A stretch of DNA of 46,831 nt from a candidate division WOR-3 bacterium (GTDB taxonomy: Bacteria > Hydrothermota > Tepidihabitantia > B36-G15), in the NCBI GenBank assembly GCA_003645615.1, contig QNBE01000001.1:1-46831 (forward strand), written 5' to 3'. Of this stretch, positions 25,112 to 32,890 are shown piece by piece (the stretch's first letter is position 1; each line of letters starts with the position of its first letter). Below the pieces are notes generated by a model. The model did no database searches. It was not told the DNA's origin and saw only the letters and a program-made list of their open reading frames with translations. Made by a program: the position numbers and the translations under genes.

Positions 25112-27514
25112 ATGGCTATTCAACATAGGTTGAACTATCTGGTAGTGATAGGGTGTTTATTGGTTGTCACCCTGAATGGACAGTGGCTTGAAACCACAAT
25201 TTACCTTCCGGATTCACTCGGTGGAGTAACATGTCCTCAAGCCCTTACCTATAATGCAATCAATAATAAAGTCTATGTGGCCGGTGTATATGGTGATTGC
25301 GTGATTGCGATTGATGGTGCAACGAACGAAAAGATAGCCAGAATCCCGGCTGGCTCATACATCTATGCTCTGGTCTGGAACTCAACTGACAACAAGGTCT
25401 ACTGCGCCAATCATGAGAGCGATAATGTCACGGTGATCGATGGGGCAACCGATAGCGTGATCACGACCATCCCGGTCGGTAAGGGGCCTCGTGCTTTAGT
25501 CTATAATGAGACTAATAACAAGGTCTACTGCGCTAATTATGAGAGCGATGATGTCACGGTGATCGATGGGGCAACCAATAGCGTGATCACGACCATCCCG
25601 GTCGGTAAGGAGCCTTGTGCTTTAGTCTATAATCCAACCAACAACAAGGTCTACTGCGCAAATTATGAGAGCGATGATGTCACGGTGATTGATAGCGTGA
25701 TCACGACCATCCCGGTCGGTAAGGAGCCTTGTGCTTTAGTCTATAATCCAACCAACAACAAGGTCTACTCCGCAAATTATGAGAGCGATGATGTCACGGT
25801 GATCGATGGGGCAACCAACAGCGTGATCACGACCATCCCGGTCGGTGATGGGCCTCGTGCTTTAGTCTATAATCCAACCAACAACAAGGTCTACTGCGCA
25901 AATTGGTATAGCAATAATGTCACGGTGATCGATGGTGCAAGCAATAGCGTGATCACGACCGTCCGGGTTGATTACCACCCTTGTGCTTTAGTCTATAATC
26001 CGACCAACAACAAGGTCTACTGCGCTAATTATGAGAGTGATAATGTCACGGTGATCGATGGTGCAACCAATAGTGTGATCACGTTCGTTCCGGTCGGTGA
26101 GGGGCCTCGTGCTTTAGTCTATAATGAGACCAACAACAGGGTCTACTGCGCTAATTATTTGAGCGATAATGTCACGGTGATTCATGGGGAAAGCAATAGT
26201 GTGATCACGACCATCCCGGTTGGTTACCGCCCTCGTGCTTTAGTCTATAATCCGCGCTACAACAAGATCTACTCCGCTAATTATGAGAGTGATAATGTCA
26301 CGGTGATCGATGGGGCAAGTAATAGCGTGATCACGACCATCCCGGTCGGTGATTGGCCTCGTGCTTTAGTCTATACTCCGGAGCTTTACAGTATCTACTG
26401 CGCTAATTATGGCAGTGCTGATGTCACGGTGATCGATGGGGCAGGCAATGGTGTGATCAGGATCATCCGGGTTGGTAACCGCCCTCGTGCTTTAGTCCAT
26501 AATCCGACCAACCACAAGGTCTACTGCGCTAATTATGGTAGCAATACTGTCACGGTGATTCATGCACCAACCAATAGCGTGATCACGACCGTCCCGGTCG
26601 GTAAGAAACCATGTGCTTTAGTCTATAATCCGACCAACAACAAGGTCTACTCCGCAAATTATGAGAGTGATAATGTCACGGTGATCGATGGGGCAAGTAA
26701 TAGCGTGATCACGACCATCCCGGTCGGTAAGGAGCCTTGTGCCGTAGTCTACAATGAGACCAACAACAAGGTCTACTCCGCTAATGAGGAGAGCGATGAT
26801 GTCACGGTGATCGATGGGGCAAGCGATAGCGTGATCACGACCGTCCCGGTCGGTGAGGGGCCTTGTGCTTTAGTCTATAATCCCACCAACAACAAGGTCT
26901 ACTCCGCAAATTATGAGAGCGATGATGTCACGGTGATTGATGGTGCAACTGATAGTGTGATTACAACCGTCCCGGTCGGTGAGGGGTCTCGTGCTTTAGT
27001 CTATAATTCGACCAACAACAAGGTCTACTGTGCTAATGAGGAGAGCGATGATGTCACGGTGATCGATGGGGCAAGCAATAGCGTGATTAAAACTATCCCG
27101 GTTGGTAATGGGCCTCTTGCTTTTGTCTGGAATCCTGCTCAAAACCGGACCTATGTGGCAAATTACTTTAGTGCGAGTATCTCAGTGATTCGGGATGAGG
27201 TGGTTATTGTAGAAGGTGCCGGGTTTGGGATGAAGGGAGTCGGGAATGAACTAACAGTGGCACCCAATCCTTGCTATTCCTCAACCAAAATCAGATACGG
27301 TCTTACAAAACCCTGTAATATCTCGCTTAAGATTTATAATATTGCTGGGCAATGTGTGAAAACCCTTGTGAGTGCGAAACAGAATACGGGCATTCACGAA
27401 GTCGATTGGCAAGGCGAGGATGATAGCAATCGCAGGCTTAGCCAGGGCATCTACTTCGTACGAATGGAGGCGGGTGATTTTTCAGCAACATCCAAAATTG
27501 TGCTGTTGCCTTAG
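25112..27514 (+). CDS. Large secreted YVTN beta-propeller repeat protein (~15.5 blades) with a T9SS C-terminal sorting domain
   Basis: The ATG at 25112 lies 6 nt after GGAGG; the ORF track starts at the GTG at 25079. After the signal peptide comes GQWLETTIYLPDSL, as in the 20399-22777 paralog. 42-aa repeats follow (NKVYCANYESDDVTVIDGATNSVITTIPVGKEPCALVYNPTN). The CTD ends ...GIYFVRMEAGDFSATSKIVLLP. Confidence 0.8.
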   Translation: MAIQHRLNYLVVIGCLLVVTLNGQWLETTIYLPDSLGGVTCPQALTYNAINNKVYVAGVYGDCVIAIDGATNEKIARIPAGSYIYALVWNSTDNKVYCANHESDNVTVIDGATDSVITTIPVGKGPRALVYNETNNKVYCANYESDDVTVIDGATNSVITTIPVGKEPCALVYNPTNNKVYCANYESDDVTVIDSVITTIPVGKEPCALVYNPTNNKVYSANYESDDVTVIDGATNSVITTIPVGDGPRALVYNPTNNKVYCANWYSNNVTVIDGASNSVITTVRVDYHPCALVYNPTNNKVYCANYESDNVTVIDGATNSVITFVPVGEGPRALVYNETNNRVYCANYLSDNVTVIHGESNSVITTIPVGYRPRALVYNPRYNKIYSANYESDNVTVIDGASNSVITTIPVGDWPRALVYTPELYSIYCANYGSADVTVIDGAGNGVIRIIRVGNRPRALVHNPTNHKVYCANYGSNTVTVIHAPTNSVITTVPVGKKPCALVYNPTNNKVYSANYESDNVTVIDGASNSVITTIPVGKEPCAVVYNETNNKVYSANEESDDVTVIDGASDSVITTVPVGEGPCALVYNPTNNKVYSANYESDDVTVIDGATDSVITTVPVGEGSRALVYNSTNNKVYCANEESDDVTVIDGASNSVIKTIPVGNGPLAFVWNPAQNRTYVANYFSASISVIRDEVVIVEGAGFGMKGVGNELTVAPNPCYSSTKIRYGLTKPCNISLKIYNIAGQCVKTLVSAKQNTGIHEVDWQGEDDSNRRLSQGIYFVRMEAGDFSATSKIVLLP
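25391..27142 (+). repeat. Fourteen in-frame tandem repeats of 126 bp (one unit is 114 bp) inside the YVTN gene
   Basis: The motif aacaaggtctac recurs at 25391, 25517, 25757 ... 27017 with an exact 126-nt period. Unit 25643-25756 lacks 12 nt (GATN codons, junction 25693/25694). Adjacent units are near-identical at the DNA level. Confidence 0.85.
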
Positions 27515-27725
27515 TAATAATCAGGAGGCAGATTTTTACTCTACCCTCTGGAAGACTTATGGTAATGCAAAAACCAGCTCTAACCATCTTTAGCGCTTCT
27601 CCATAAATACCCTCGAAGGATTGCCATCTTTCACCATTTTGACCGGAAAGGATCCAATTTGCAGCGTTAGGCGGATGAGATATTCCCGTTTGTATACCCC
27701 GGGGTTTTTATTCACGTCCTCACGG

Positions 27726-27753
27726 TTGACCAAATAAATTAAAAAATTATAAT
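27726..27753 (+). promoter_or_regulatory. Sigma70-like promoter for the FG-GAP gene
   Basis: TTGACC (27726-27731), 16-nt spacer, TATAAT (27748-27753). The SD GGAGGTG precedes the ATG at 27774. Confidence 0.5.
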
Positions 27754-27773
27754 TAAATACATGGAGGTGAAAA

Positions 27774-28979
27774 ATGAGACGAGTCGTTCTCTTCTCCTTG
27801 GTGATAGTCCCGATCTGGGCCCAGGCGCCAAGATTCTATGCTCCTGAGACGCTAAAATCCTCCGGTGCCAATATTGATGTCGGTTACTATGGTGCCCCCT
27901 TTATCTATGACTGGGATGGTGATGGGAAGAAGGATCTGGTGACCGGTCAGTTTACCTCGGGTAAGGTCCGCTTCTATCGGAATGTCGGCCTTAATAATAA
28001 TCCTATCTTCATGGGTTATGAGTACCTCAAGGCTGATGGAAAGGACATCACAGTCTACTCGGGTTGATGCCAGGGCTCAGCAATCGCAGTTTGCGATTGG
28101 AACGAGGATGGCAAGAGGGACATCATTGTTGGTGACCGGAGGGGTTACATGATGCTTTTCCTCGAGACCGGCAACGGTCTCACCCTGGCCGATACCCTCC
28201 GGGCTAATGGAACCAAGATCCTGGTGACCCAGAATGCCAATCCTGAGGTCAATGACTGGAATGAGGATGGTAAGAAGGATCTGATTGTCGGCGAACAGTT
28301 CTACGGTCCTCCTCCCGACACCGGTAACATCCGGGTCTATCTCAATGTGGGAACCAATTCCAATCCGATCTTCAGCAAGTATTTCAACATCTACTCCTCT
28401 GGTAAGCCGATCTACCACTATCGGGCCAACCCCAGGATCTATGATCTCGATCAGGATGGCAAGAAGGATCTGATCGTGGGCCAGAACGATGGTCGGGTAT
28501 ATTTTTATAAGAATGTCGGGACCAATGCCAATCCTCAGTTCAATGGCTATGAACTGCTCCGGACCATCGATAATACCATCATCGATGTCTATTATGGCTC
28601 CCGCTTCCACCTTGCCGACTGGAAAGAGGATGGTGACCCCGATCTCATTATCAGCGGCTACTATGGCTACATCATCTACTATGAGAATGCCACGGTTGAG
28701 GTTGAGGAAGGTTCCTCGCCACTTCTCGATTGCACCATCTGGCCCAATCCGATCCAGGATCAGCTCAATCTTAACATCGAGTTGAATGGGTCTGAGGATG
28801 TCTCGATCGGGATCTATGGCGTTGATGGCCGGCTGGTCTCGACTCCGATCAGGGGGAGGTTTGCTCAAGGATTTCACCGGTTCCGTATCGATGTCTCCAA
28901 TCTGACCTCTGGAGTCTACTTTATCGAGGTCGCCACTGAGAAGAGGAGAGTCCGGGACAAGATCCTCATTGTCGATTAG
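27774..28979 (+). CDS. FG-GAP/VCBS-like repeat protein with a T9SS C-terminal sorting domain, interrupted by one in-frame TGA (28065-28067); recoded, read through, or a pseudogene
   Basis: ORFs 27774-28067 and 28149-28979 are in the same frame. The 81 nt between them continue the repeat pattern (..VYSG*CQGSAIAVCDWNEDGKRDIIVGDRRGYMMLF..). Five D(W/L)(N/D/K)xDGxxD(L/I)(I/V)xG blades are present. The CTD ends ...GVYFIEVATEKRRVRDKILIVD. Confidence 0.6.
28081..28099 (+). other. Perfect 8-bp stem / 3-nt loop hairpin starting 13 nt downstream of the in-frame TGA
   Basis: CAATCGCA-GTT-TGCGATTG. The loop begins with G and sits 21 nt after the UGA. Confidence 0.5.
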
Positions 28980-28985
28980 AAGTTT

Positions 28986-29014
28986 GGGCTCAGGGGGCCT
29001 TGCCCCCTGAGCCC
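28986..29014 (+). terminator. GC-rich hairpin, probable intrinsic terminator of the FG-GAP gene
   Basis: GGGCTCAGGGGGC-ctt-GCCCCCTGAGCCC, a 13-bp perfect stem 7 nt after the stop codon. The downstream tract (ATAAATCCTT) is only weakly T-rich. Confidence 0.55.
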
Positions 29015-29022
29015 ATAAATCC

Positions 29023-29050
29023 TTGTATTGGAATAGTCTCAGGTTATAAT
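29023..29050 (+). promoter_or_regulatory. Sigma70-like promoter for the amidotransferase gene
   Basis: TTGTAT (29023-29028), 16-nt spacer, TATAAT (29045-29050), 5 nt, GTG at 29056. Confidence 0.45.
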
Positions 29051-29055
29051 TAACC

Positions 29056-29757
29056 GTGGCGCCATTAATTGGGATAACAGTTAGTTACAACTGGGAAGAA
29101 CGCCGCTTCTTTCTCGCCCGGGATTATGTGAATGCTATCGTGAGGTCCGGAGGGGTGCCATTGATGCTTCCGCTACTTGATCCCGGTGGGATCGACCAGG
29201 TTATAAAAGCGGTTGATGGGCTGCTCCTCTCCGGTGGTTTTGATGTCTCACCGATCTTATATGGTCGGGAGCCAAAGGGAGTAGGGAAGATCGACCCAGA
29301 TCGGGATCGGTTCGAGATCGAGATTGTTCACCGGGCTTATCGGCGCAGACTACCGATCCTGGCGATCTGTCGGGGTATTCAGCTCCTCAATGTTGCCTTG
29401 GGCGGAACCCTGATGCAGCGCTTGAAAGGACTCAAGCACTTCCAGGAGAGCGAAAGATCAAAGCCCTCCCATTCGATAACCATTGAACCGGGATCGATCT
29501 TTTACCAGATCGCCCGTAAAAAGAAGATCCTGGTGAACTCATTCCACAACGATGCCATCGACAATCTCTCTCCCAAGCTCCGGCCAACCGGCTGGGCTGA
29601 AGATGGGATTATTGAGGTGGTGGAGGGGAAGAATCGAGCGAATATCTTGGGGGTTCAGTTTCATCCCGAATGTATGTTCGATTCTGATCCGGTGATGAGA
29701 CGGATCTTTCAGTGGTTTATAAAAGTGGCTAATCGATCTTCTTACTCCAGGGGATAA
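29056..29757 (+). CDS. Gamma-glutamyl-gamma-aminobutyrate hydrolase family protein (class I glutamine amidotransferase, peptidase C26)
   Basis: PLIGIT N-terminus, nucleophile elbow LAICRGIQLLNVALGG, and His motif GVQFHPE. Confidence 0.85.
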   Translation: MAPLIGITVSYNWEERRFFLARDYVNAIVRSGGVPLMLPLLDPGGIDQVIKAVDGLLLSGGFDVSPILYGREPKGVGKIDPDRDRFEIEIVHRAYRRRLPILAICRGIQLLNVALGGTLMQRLKGLKHFQESERSKPSHSITIEPGSIFYQIARKKKILVNSFHNDAIDNLSPKLRPTGWAEDGIIEVVEGKNRANILGVQFHPECMFDSDPVMRRIFQWFIKVANRSSYSRG

Positions 29758-30796
29758 AACCTCCTCCTTTTACCATCCAGATCATAAATGGAGAACCCAA
29801 GAGATCTCCGTTCTTATCGAACTGGATCATCCCGATCGAACCATCAAATTTATTATGGTGGATGAACGAGGAGAGGTCCTTACCTTTAGCCCGGAAATAG
29901 GCATCGATGAGGAGATTGGTGGCATCGTAGGCGTTGCAGGTGTAGGGTTCCACCTGGATTCTCTTCTCATGGGCAATGCGGAGAAAATGGACTGCGCTAC
30001 CGAGCTGATGGATTGGGGGGCCAAAGGTAAAGTAGACCCCCTCGGCCCTCCCGCCGGTCAGTTTGAGGAATTCCTGGGTGGCGATACCATCCCCGGCGAG
30101 GAAATCGATCTTTTTTGGAATGAGCCTTAGGATCTCAGCGCCATCCTTATAGAGACCGGCAAAATAGACAAGATCAGGGAGTTTAAGAGGTAGCATGGCT
30201 TTGAGTTTTTCTAAAGGGGGATGGCCGGTCTCAAAGTCAACTCTTCCCACCACTCTGTTTTCCATTTCACTCTCGAAGGCATTAGCTAGACCTTGGGCAT
30301 AGATCGATCGATCGGCAAGGATGAGGATCCGTTTCGACTTGAGATGTTCTTTGACGAAGTAACCGGCAATCTTCCCCTGGAGGTCATCTCGACCACAGAG
30401 TCGGAAGACATTGTCATAGCCGAGCTGGGTCAACTCTGGAGCGGTTGAGGAGGGTGTAATCATTGGTATCCTTGACTTGTGGTAGATTGGTGCTGCCGCA
30501 ATTGAACAGTGGGAGTTCATATGACCGATGACACCGATCACACCCCGTTTGGTCAGATCCCGGGCCATGGCAACCGCCCTTGCCGAATCCCCCCGATCAT
30601 CACGGACCAGAAGCAGAATCTTTGGGGCGATCGCATGTTCGTTATACTCATCCACCGCAAGCTCGACACCACGGACGATCGACCAGCCGAGATCGCGCCC
30701 GGATCCAGAAAGATCGGCCACGACCCCAATCTTGATCGGCCGTTCAACACAGGTGGTGGAAAGGATAATTGGAATGATCAGCAATCTCATATTCAT
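29729..30796 (-). CDS. ABC transporter substrate-binding protein, branched-chain amino acid (LivJ/LivK-like, type I PBP) family
   Basis: Signal/lipoprotein-like N-terminus (IILSTTC), then IKIGVVADLSGSGRDLG, typical of Peripla_BP_6 proteins. No permease or ATPase genes are adjacent. Confidence 0.75.
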   Translation of the reverse strand: MNMRLLIIPIILSTTCVERPIKIGVVADLSGSGRDLGWSIVRGVELAVDEYNEHAIAPKILLLVRDDRGDSARAVAMARDLTKRGVIGVIGHMNSHCSIAAAPIYHKSRIPMITPSSTAPELTQLGYDNVFRLCGRDDLQGKIAGYFVKEHLKSKRILILADRSIYAQGLANAFESEMENRVVGRVDFETGHPPLEKLKAMLPLKLPDLVYFAGLYKDGAEILRLIPKKIDFLAGDGIATQEFLKLTGGRAEGVYFTFGPPIHQLGSAVHFLRIAHEKRIQVEPYTCNAYDATNLLIDAYFRAKGKDLSSFIHHNKFDGSIGMIQFDKNGDLLGSPFMIWMVKGGGFIPWSKKID

Positions 30797-30815
30797 AACC
30801 GCCTCCAGCTTTTTG

Positions 30816-30844
30816 ATTCTAATTCATTTTCAGGAAAAAGTCAA
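30816..30844 (-). promoter_or_regulatory. Sigma70-like promoter for the substrate-binding protein gene
   Basis: On the minus strand: TTGACT (30844-30839), 17-nt spacer, TAGAAT (30821-30816). A leader containing GGAGG follows. Confidence 0.5.
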
Positions 30845-30858
30845 CCGATGATAATAAC

Positions 30859-31215
30859 TTAACAGAGTGGTAGAATTGGTTGATCCGGTGATCTGGGGTT
30901 GGGAACAAGTTTCTTATCTCTCGGTGATATATGCCAGTCCATCTCTTCGAGTGGGATGGCACCCAGAAGTGGCTCAGCACCACGGGGCAGTTCGATTACA
31001 CGGACTTGGCACACCCTCCCTTGGACTTCTATCTCGGCAATACCCATCACCCGATACAGATGTTCACCGCCATCGGCAGTATAAACCTTGACTTCTCCCA
31101 ATTCTTCCAGCTTGAGTTTCTCGATCAAATCCGCAGGTAACGAAAGCTCAAGTGCACCAGAATCGACAAGTTTCTCTGGGCGAAGAAAACGGTTCTGCGA
31201 TCTTAATATCCCCAC
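30859..31215 (-). CDS. Retropepsin-like (clan AA) aspartic protease
   Basis: Active-site-like motif LVDSGALELSLP, downstream LLGAIPLEEMD, and ~118 aa length, all typical of bacterial/archaeal single-domain retropepsin-like proteins. The GTG start overlaps the upstream gene by 13 nt. Confidence 0.55.
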   Translation of the reverse strand: MGILRSQNRFLRPEKLVDSGALELSLPADLIEKLKLEELGEVKVYTADGGEHLYRVMGIAEIEVQGRVCQVRVIELPRGAEPLLGAIPLEEMDWHISPRDKKLVPNPRSPDQPILPLC

Positions 31216-31802
31216 TCCTCTCTCAAGTAGACCTTCCGCCGGCAGTCCGGACAGAGGATCCGAATGTGGTCAGATCGATAGGGGCGCACCTCTCCCGGTG
31301 CCGGAGCGATCTCCCCACCAAGGTCGTAGGACTTGGTGAGGAAGAGGGTGGGATTGGCATAGGATAACTCACCGAGACGGTCAGCGAGCCAGATTAGATG
31401 ATCCCGGGCGGTGATCTTCTTACCGCAGATCTCACAGAAGGCGAGCTCCTTCTCGATCACCTCCCCGAACTCTTCTTTTCTAATCCGGGAGAGTTCATAC
31501 TCTGGGGTATGATAGATCCCCTCTCCGGTAATACAGGCTTCAACACAGAGGGAGCAGAAGATGCAACGCTCCGGGTGGTAGATTAGTTTTCTTACCCTTC
31601 CCTGATCGATCGTCTCCCTCGCCTCGGTTGGGCAGACCTCAGAACAGGCACCGCAGCCGACACACTTCTCCTCCCGGAACTTAATATAACCACGGAAGGT
31701 TGGCGCGGCCGGTTTCGGTTTCTTGGGGAAGGGGTGGGTATAAGGGCCTTTGAATATTGCCCGTAACGCCTCACCCAGTTCTCGGAGCTTAGGTTTTTTC
31801 AC
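31203..31802 (-). CDS. NuoI/HycF/MbhN-like 2x[4Fe-4S] hydrogenase subunit with a C-terminal CxxC...CxxC extension
   Basis: Cluster motifs CVGCGACSEVCP and CIFCSLCVEAC, plus CEIC(x52)CPDC. GTG start with SD GAGGTG, overlapping the upstream stop. Confidence 0.75.
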   Translation of the reverse strand: MKKPKLRELGEALRAIFKGPYTHPFPKKPKPAAPTFRGYIKFREEKCVGCGACSEVCPTEARETIDQGRVRKLIYHPERCIFCSLCVEACITGEGIYHTPEYELSRIRKEEFGEVIEKELAFCEICGKKITARDHLIWLADRLGELSYANPTLFLTKSYDLGGEIAPAPGEVRPYRSDHIRILCPDCRRKVYLREEWGY

Positions 31803-32272
31803 CTCACACCTCGAGTTAAAGGGGTAACAGAGGGCTGAGAGGAGGCTGATAGAAGGCTATTAAGGGGAAGATTATTCATTGACGCTCCTTCGCTAATGCT
31901 TTCTTGGTTTTTAAAGCCTGAATTAGACGATCCAATAGATACATTGTACCAACAGCACAATTCATCATCTGTGATATAACCCTTCCGTTTGATCCGACGA
32001 ACTCTCTCACGTAATTCCCCAATTGATCTCTTGCTATAATGTAAAAATCTTAGATACTCACCCAGAGAACCACTGTAATATCCTTCAACAAAGTTGGCTC
32101 CGATTGAATCTGAAGCATTATCTATCTGAGACTTCATTCTAAATTCATGTTTAGGTATTCTTTTTAAAATTTTTTGGACAATTATATCAAGTTTATCGAT
32201 GTTCTGCCAGACGATCATCTTCTCATGGCCTCTCAGCTTTCCCTTTCGTCCTTTGTAGCCTTCTTGAGCCAT
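31799..32272 (-). CDS. Four-helix-bundle protein (23S rRNA intervening-sequence protein / Avd-like family)
   Basis: MIVWQNIDKL...IPKHEFRMKSQIDNASDSIGANFVEGYYSGSLGEYLRFLHYSKRSIGEL matches the vWq...P..E...sQ...A..Si.aN..EG...fL..s..S..E pattern of this family. The body of the gene is visibly AT-rich relative to its neighbours. An alternative start is the ATG at 32218. Confidence 0.7.
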   Translation of the reverse strand: MAQEGYKGRKGKLRGHEKMIVWQNIDKLDIIVQKILKRIPKHEFRMKSQIDNASDSIGANFVEGYYSGSLGEYLRFLHYSKRSIGELRERVRRIKRKGYITDDELCCWYNVSIGSSNSGFKNQESISEGASMNNLPLNSLLSASSQPSVTPLTRGVR

Positions 32273-32292
32273 TTCAAGCCCTCTTAAACCCT

Positions 32293-32643
32293 CTATCTGT
32301 CTTCAATCCTCTCACCACCAAGCTTTTCCTTACCATATCGGTCGAGAACCGATCCTTTCCAGAGTTTGATCCCGAAGATGATCGAACCACGCATCAGGGC
32401 ATGGGCACCAACCGGTGAGGTGAGGAGGATGAAGAGGCCACAGATCAGGGCCTTGATCCCCATCGGGGTGAAACCGTGGATCAAGAAGATGCCGATCATA
32501 ATACCGAAGGTTCCTAAGGTGACACATTTGGTTGAGGCCTGGAGTCGGTTGTAGACATCGGGGAAGCGGATCAGGCCGAGACAGCCGAGGATATCGAATG
32601 CGATTCCGATCCAGATGATGATCCAGCCGATGGTCTCAATCAT
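32293..32643 (-). CDS. mrpG: Monovalent cation/H+ antiporter subunit G (MrpG/MnhG)
   Basis: MIETIGWIIIWIGIAFDILGCLGLIRFPDVYNRLQASTK is the typical MnhG/PhaG start. The ATG at 32643 follows AGGAGG and overlaps the mrpF stop; the ORF-track start at 32718 lies inside mrpF. Confidence 0.8.
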   Translation of the reverse strand: MIETIGWIIIWIGIAFDILGCLGLIRFPDVYNRLQASTKCVTLGTFGIMIGIFLIHGFTPMGIKALICGLFILLTSPVGAHALMRGSIIFGIKLWKGSVLDRYGKEKLGGERIEDR

Positions 32644-32890
32644 CGAGCCTCCTCTTACCCAGATACTTGGCCAAGGCCAAAACCCCGATGAAACTGAGGA
32701 TGGTGAGGGCGATGGCAAGATCTAAGAGGTAGGGGAGCTTAAACAGGACCGCCATCAGTGCTGTGATACCGACAAATATGATTCCCATGATATCGACCGC
32801 AACCATCCGATCTGAGATGGTCGGTCCGAGCAGGATCCGATAGAAACAGAGAAAGGCGCAAAGGGCCAGGAATGAGATCATGACGATCAT
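32636..32890 (-). CDS. mrpF: Monovalent cation/H+ antiporter subunit F (MrpF/MnhF)
   Basis: 84 aa with three TM segments. The motif FYRILLGPTISDRMVAVD is typical of MnhF. Confidence 0.8.
   Translation of the reverse strand: MIVMISFLALCAFLCFYRILLGPTISDRMVAVDIMGIIFVGITALMAVLFKLPYLLDLAIALTILSFIGVLALAKYLGKRRLDD

Noticed and set aside
25391-27142. Regularly spaced repeats that could be mistaken for a CRISPR array or a satellite
   Set aside because: The period is 126 bp with no unique spacers. The whole tract is one continuous open reading frame encoding 42-aa YVTN blades. No cas genes or leader are present.
27515-27773. 260-nt intergenic region after the YVTN gene, as a possible ncRNA, IS remnant or terminator (CCCCGGGGTTTTT at about 27699-27711)
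   Set aside because: CCCCGGGG has no loop, so it is not a convincing intrinsic terminator. The translations I tried give no recognisable protein fragment. Only the downstream promoter at 27726-27753 is supportable.
28077-28877. 266-aa minus-strand ORF antisense to the FG-GAP gene
   Set aside because: It mirrors the repetitive, stop-poor coding strand opposite. Its composition is low-complexity (runs of I/D/G). The plus strand carries clear FG-GAP blades and a T9SS CTD.
31799-32272. Four-helix-bundle ORF as the Avd component of a diversity-generating retroelement acting on the nearby repeat proteins
   Set aside because: I saw no reverse transcriptase gene and no template/variable repeat pair with A-specific mismatches anywhere in the window. 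The repeat variation in 25391-27142 is not adenine-biased by eye.
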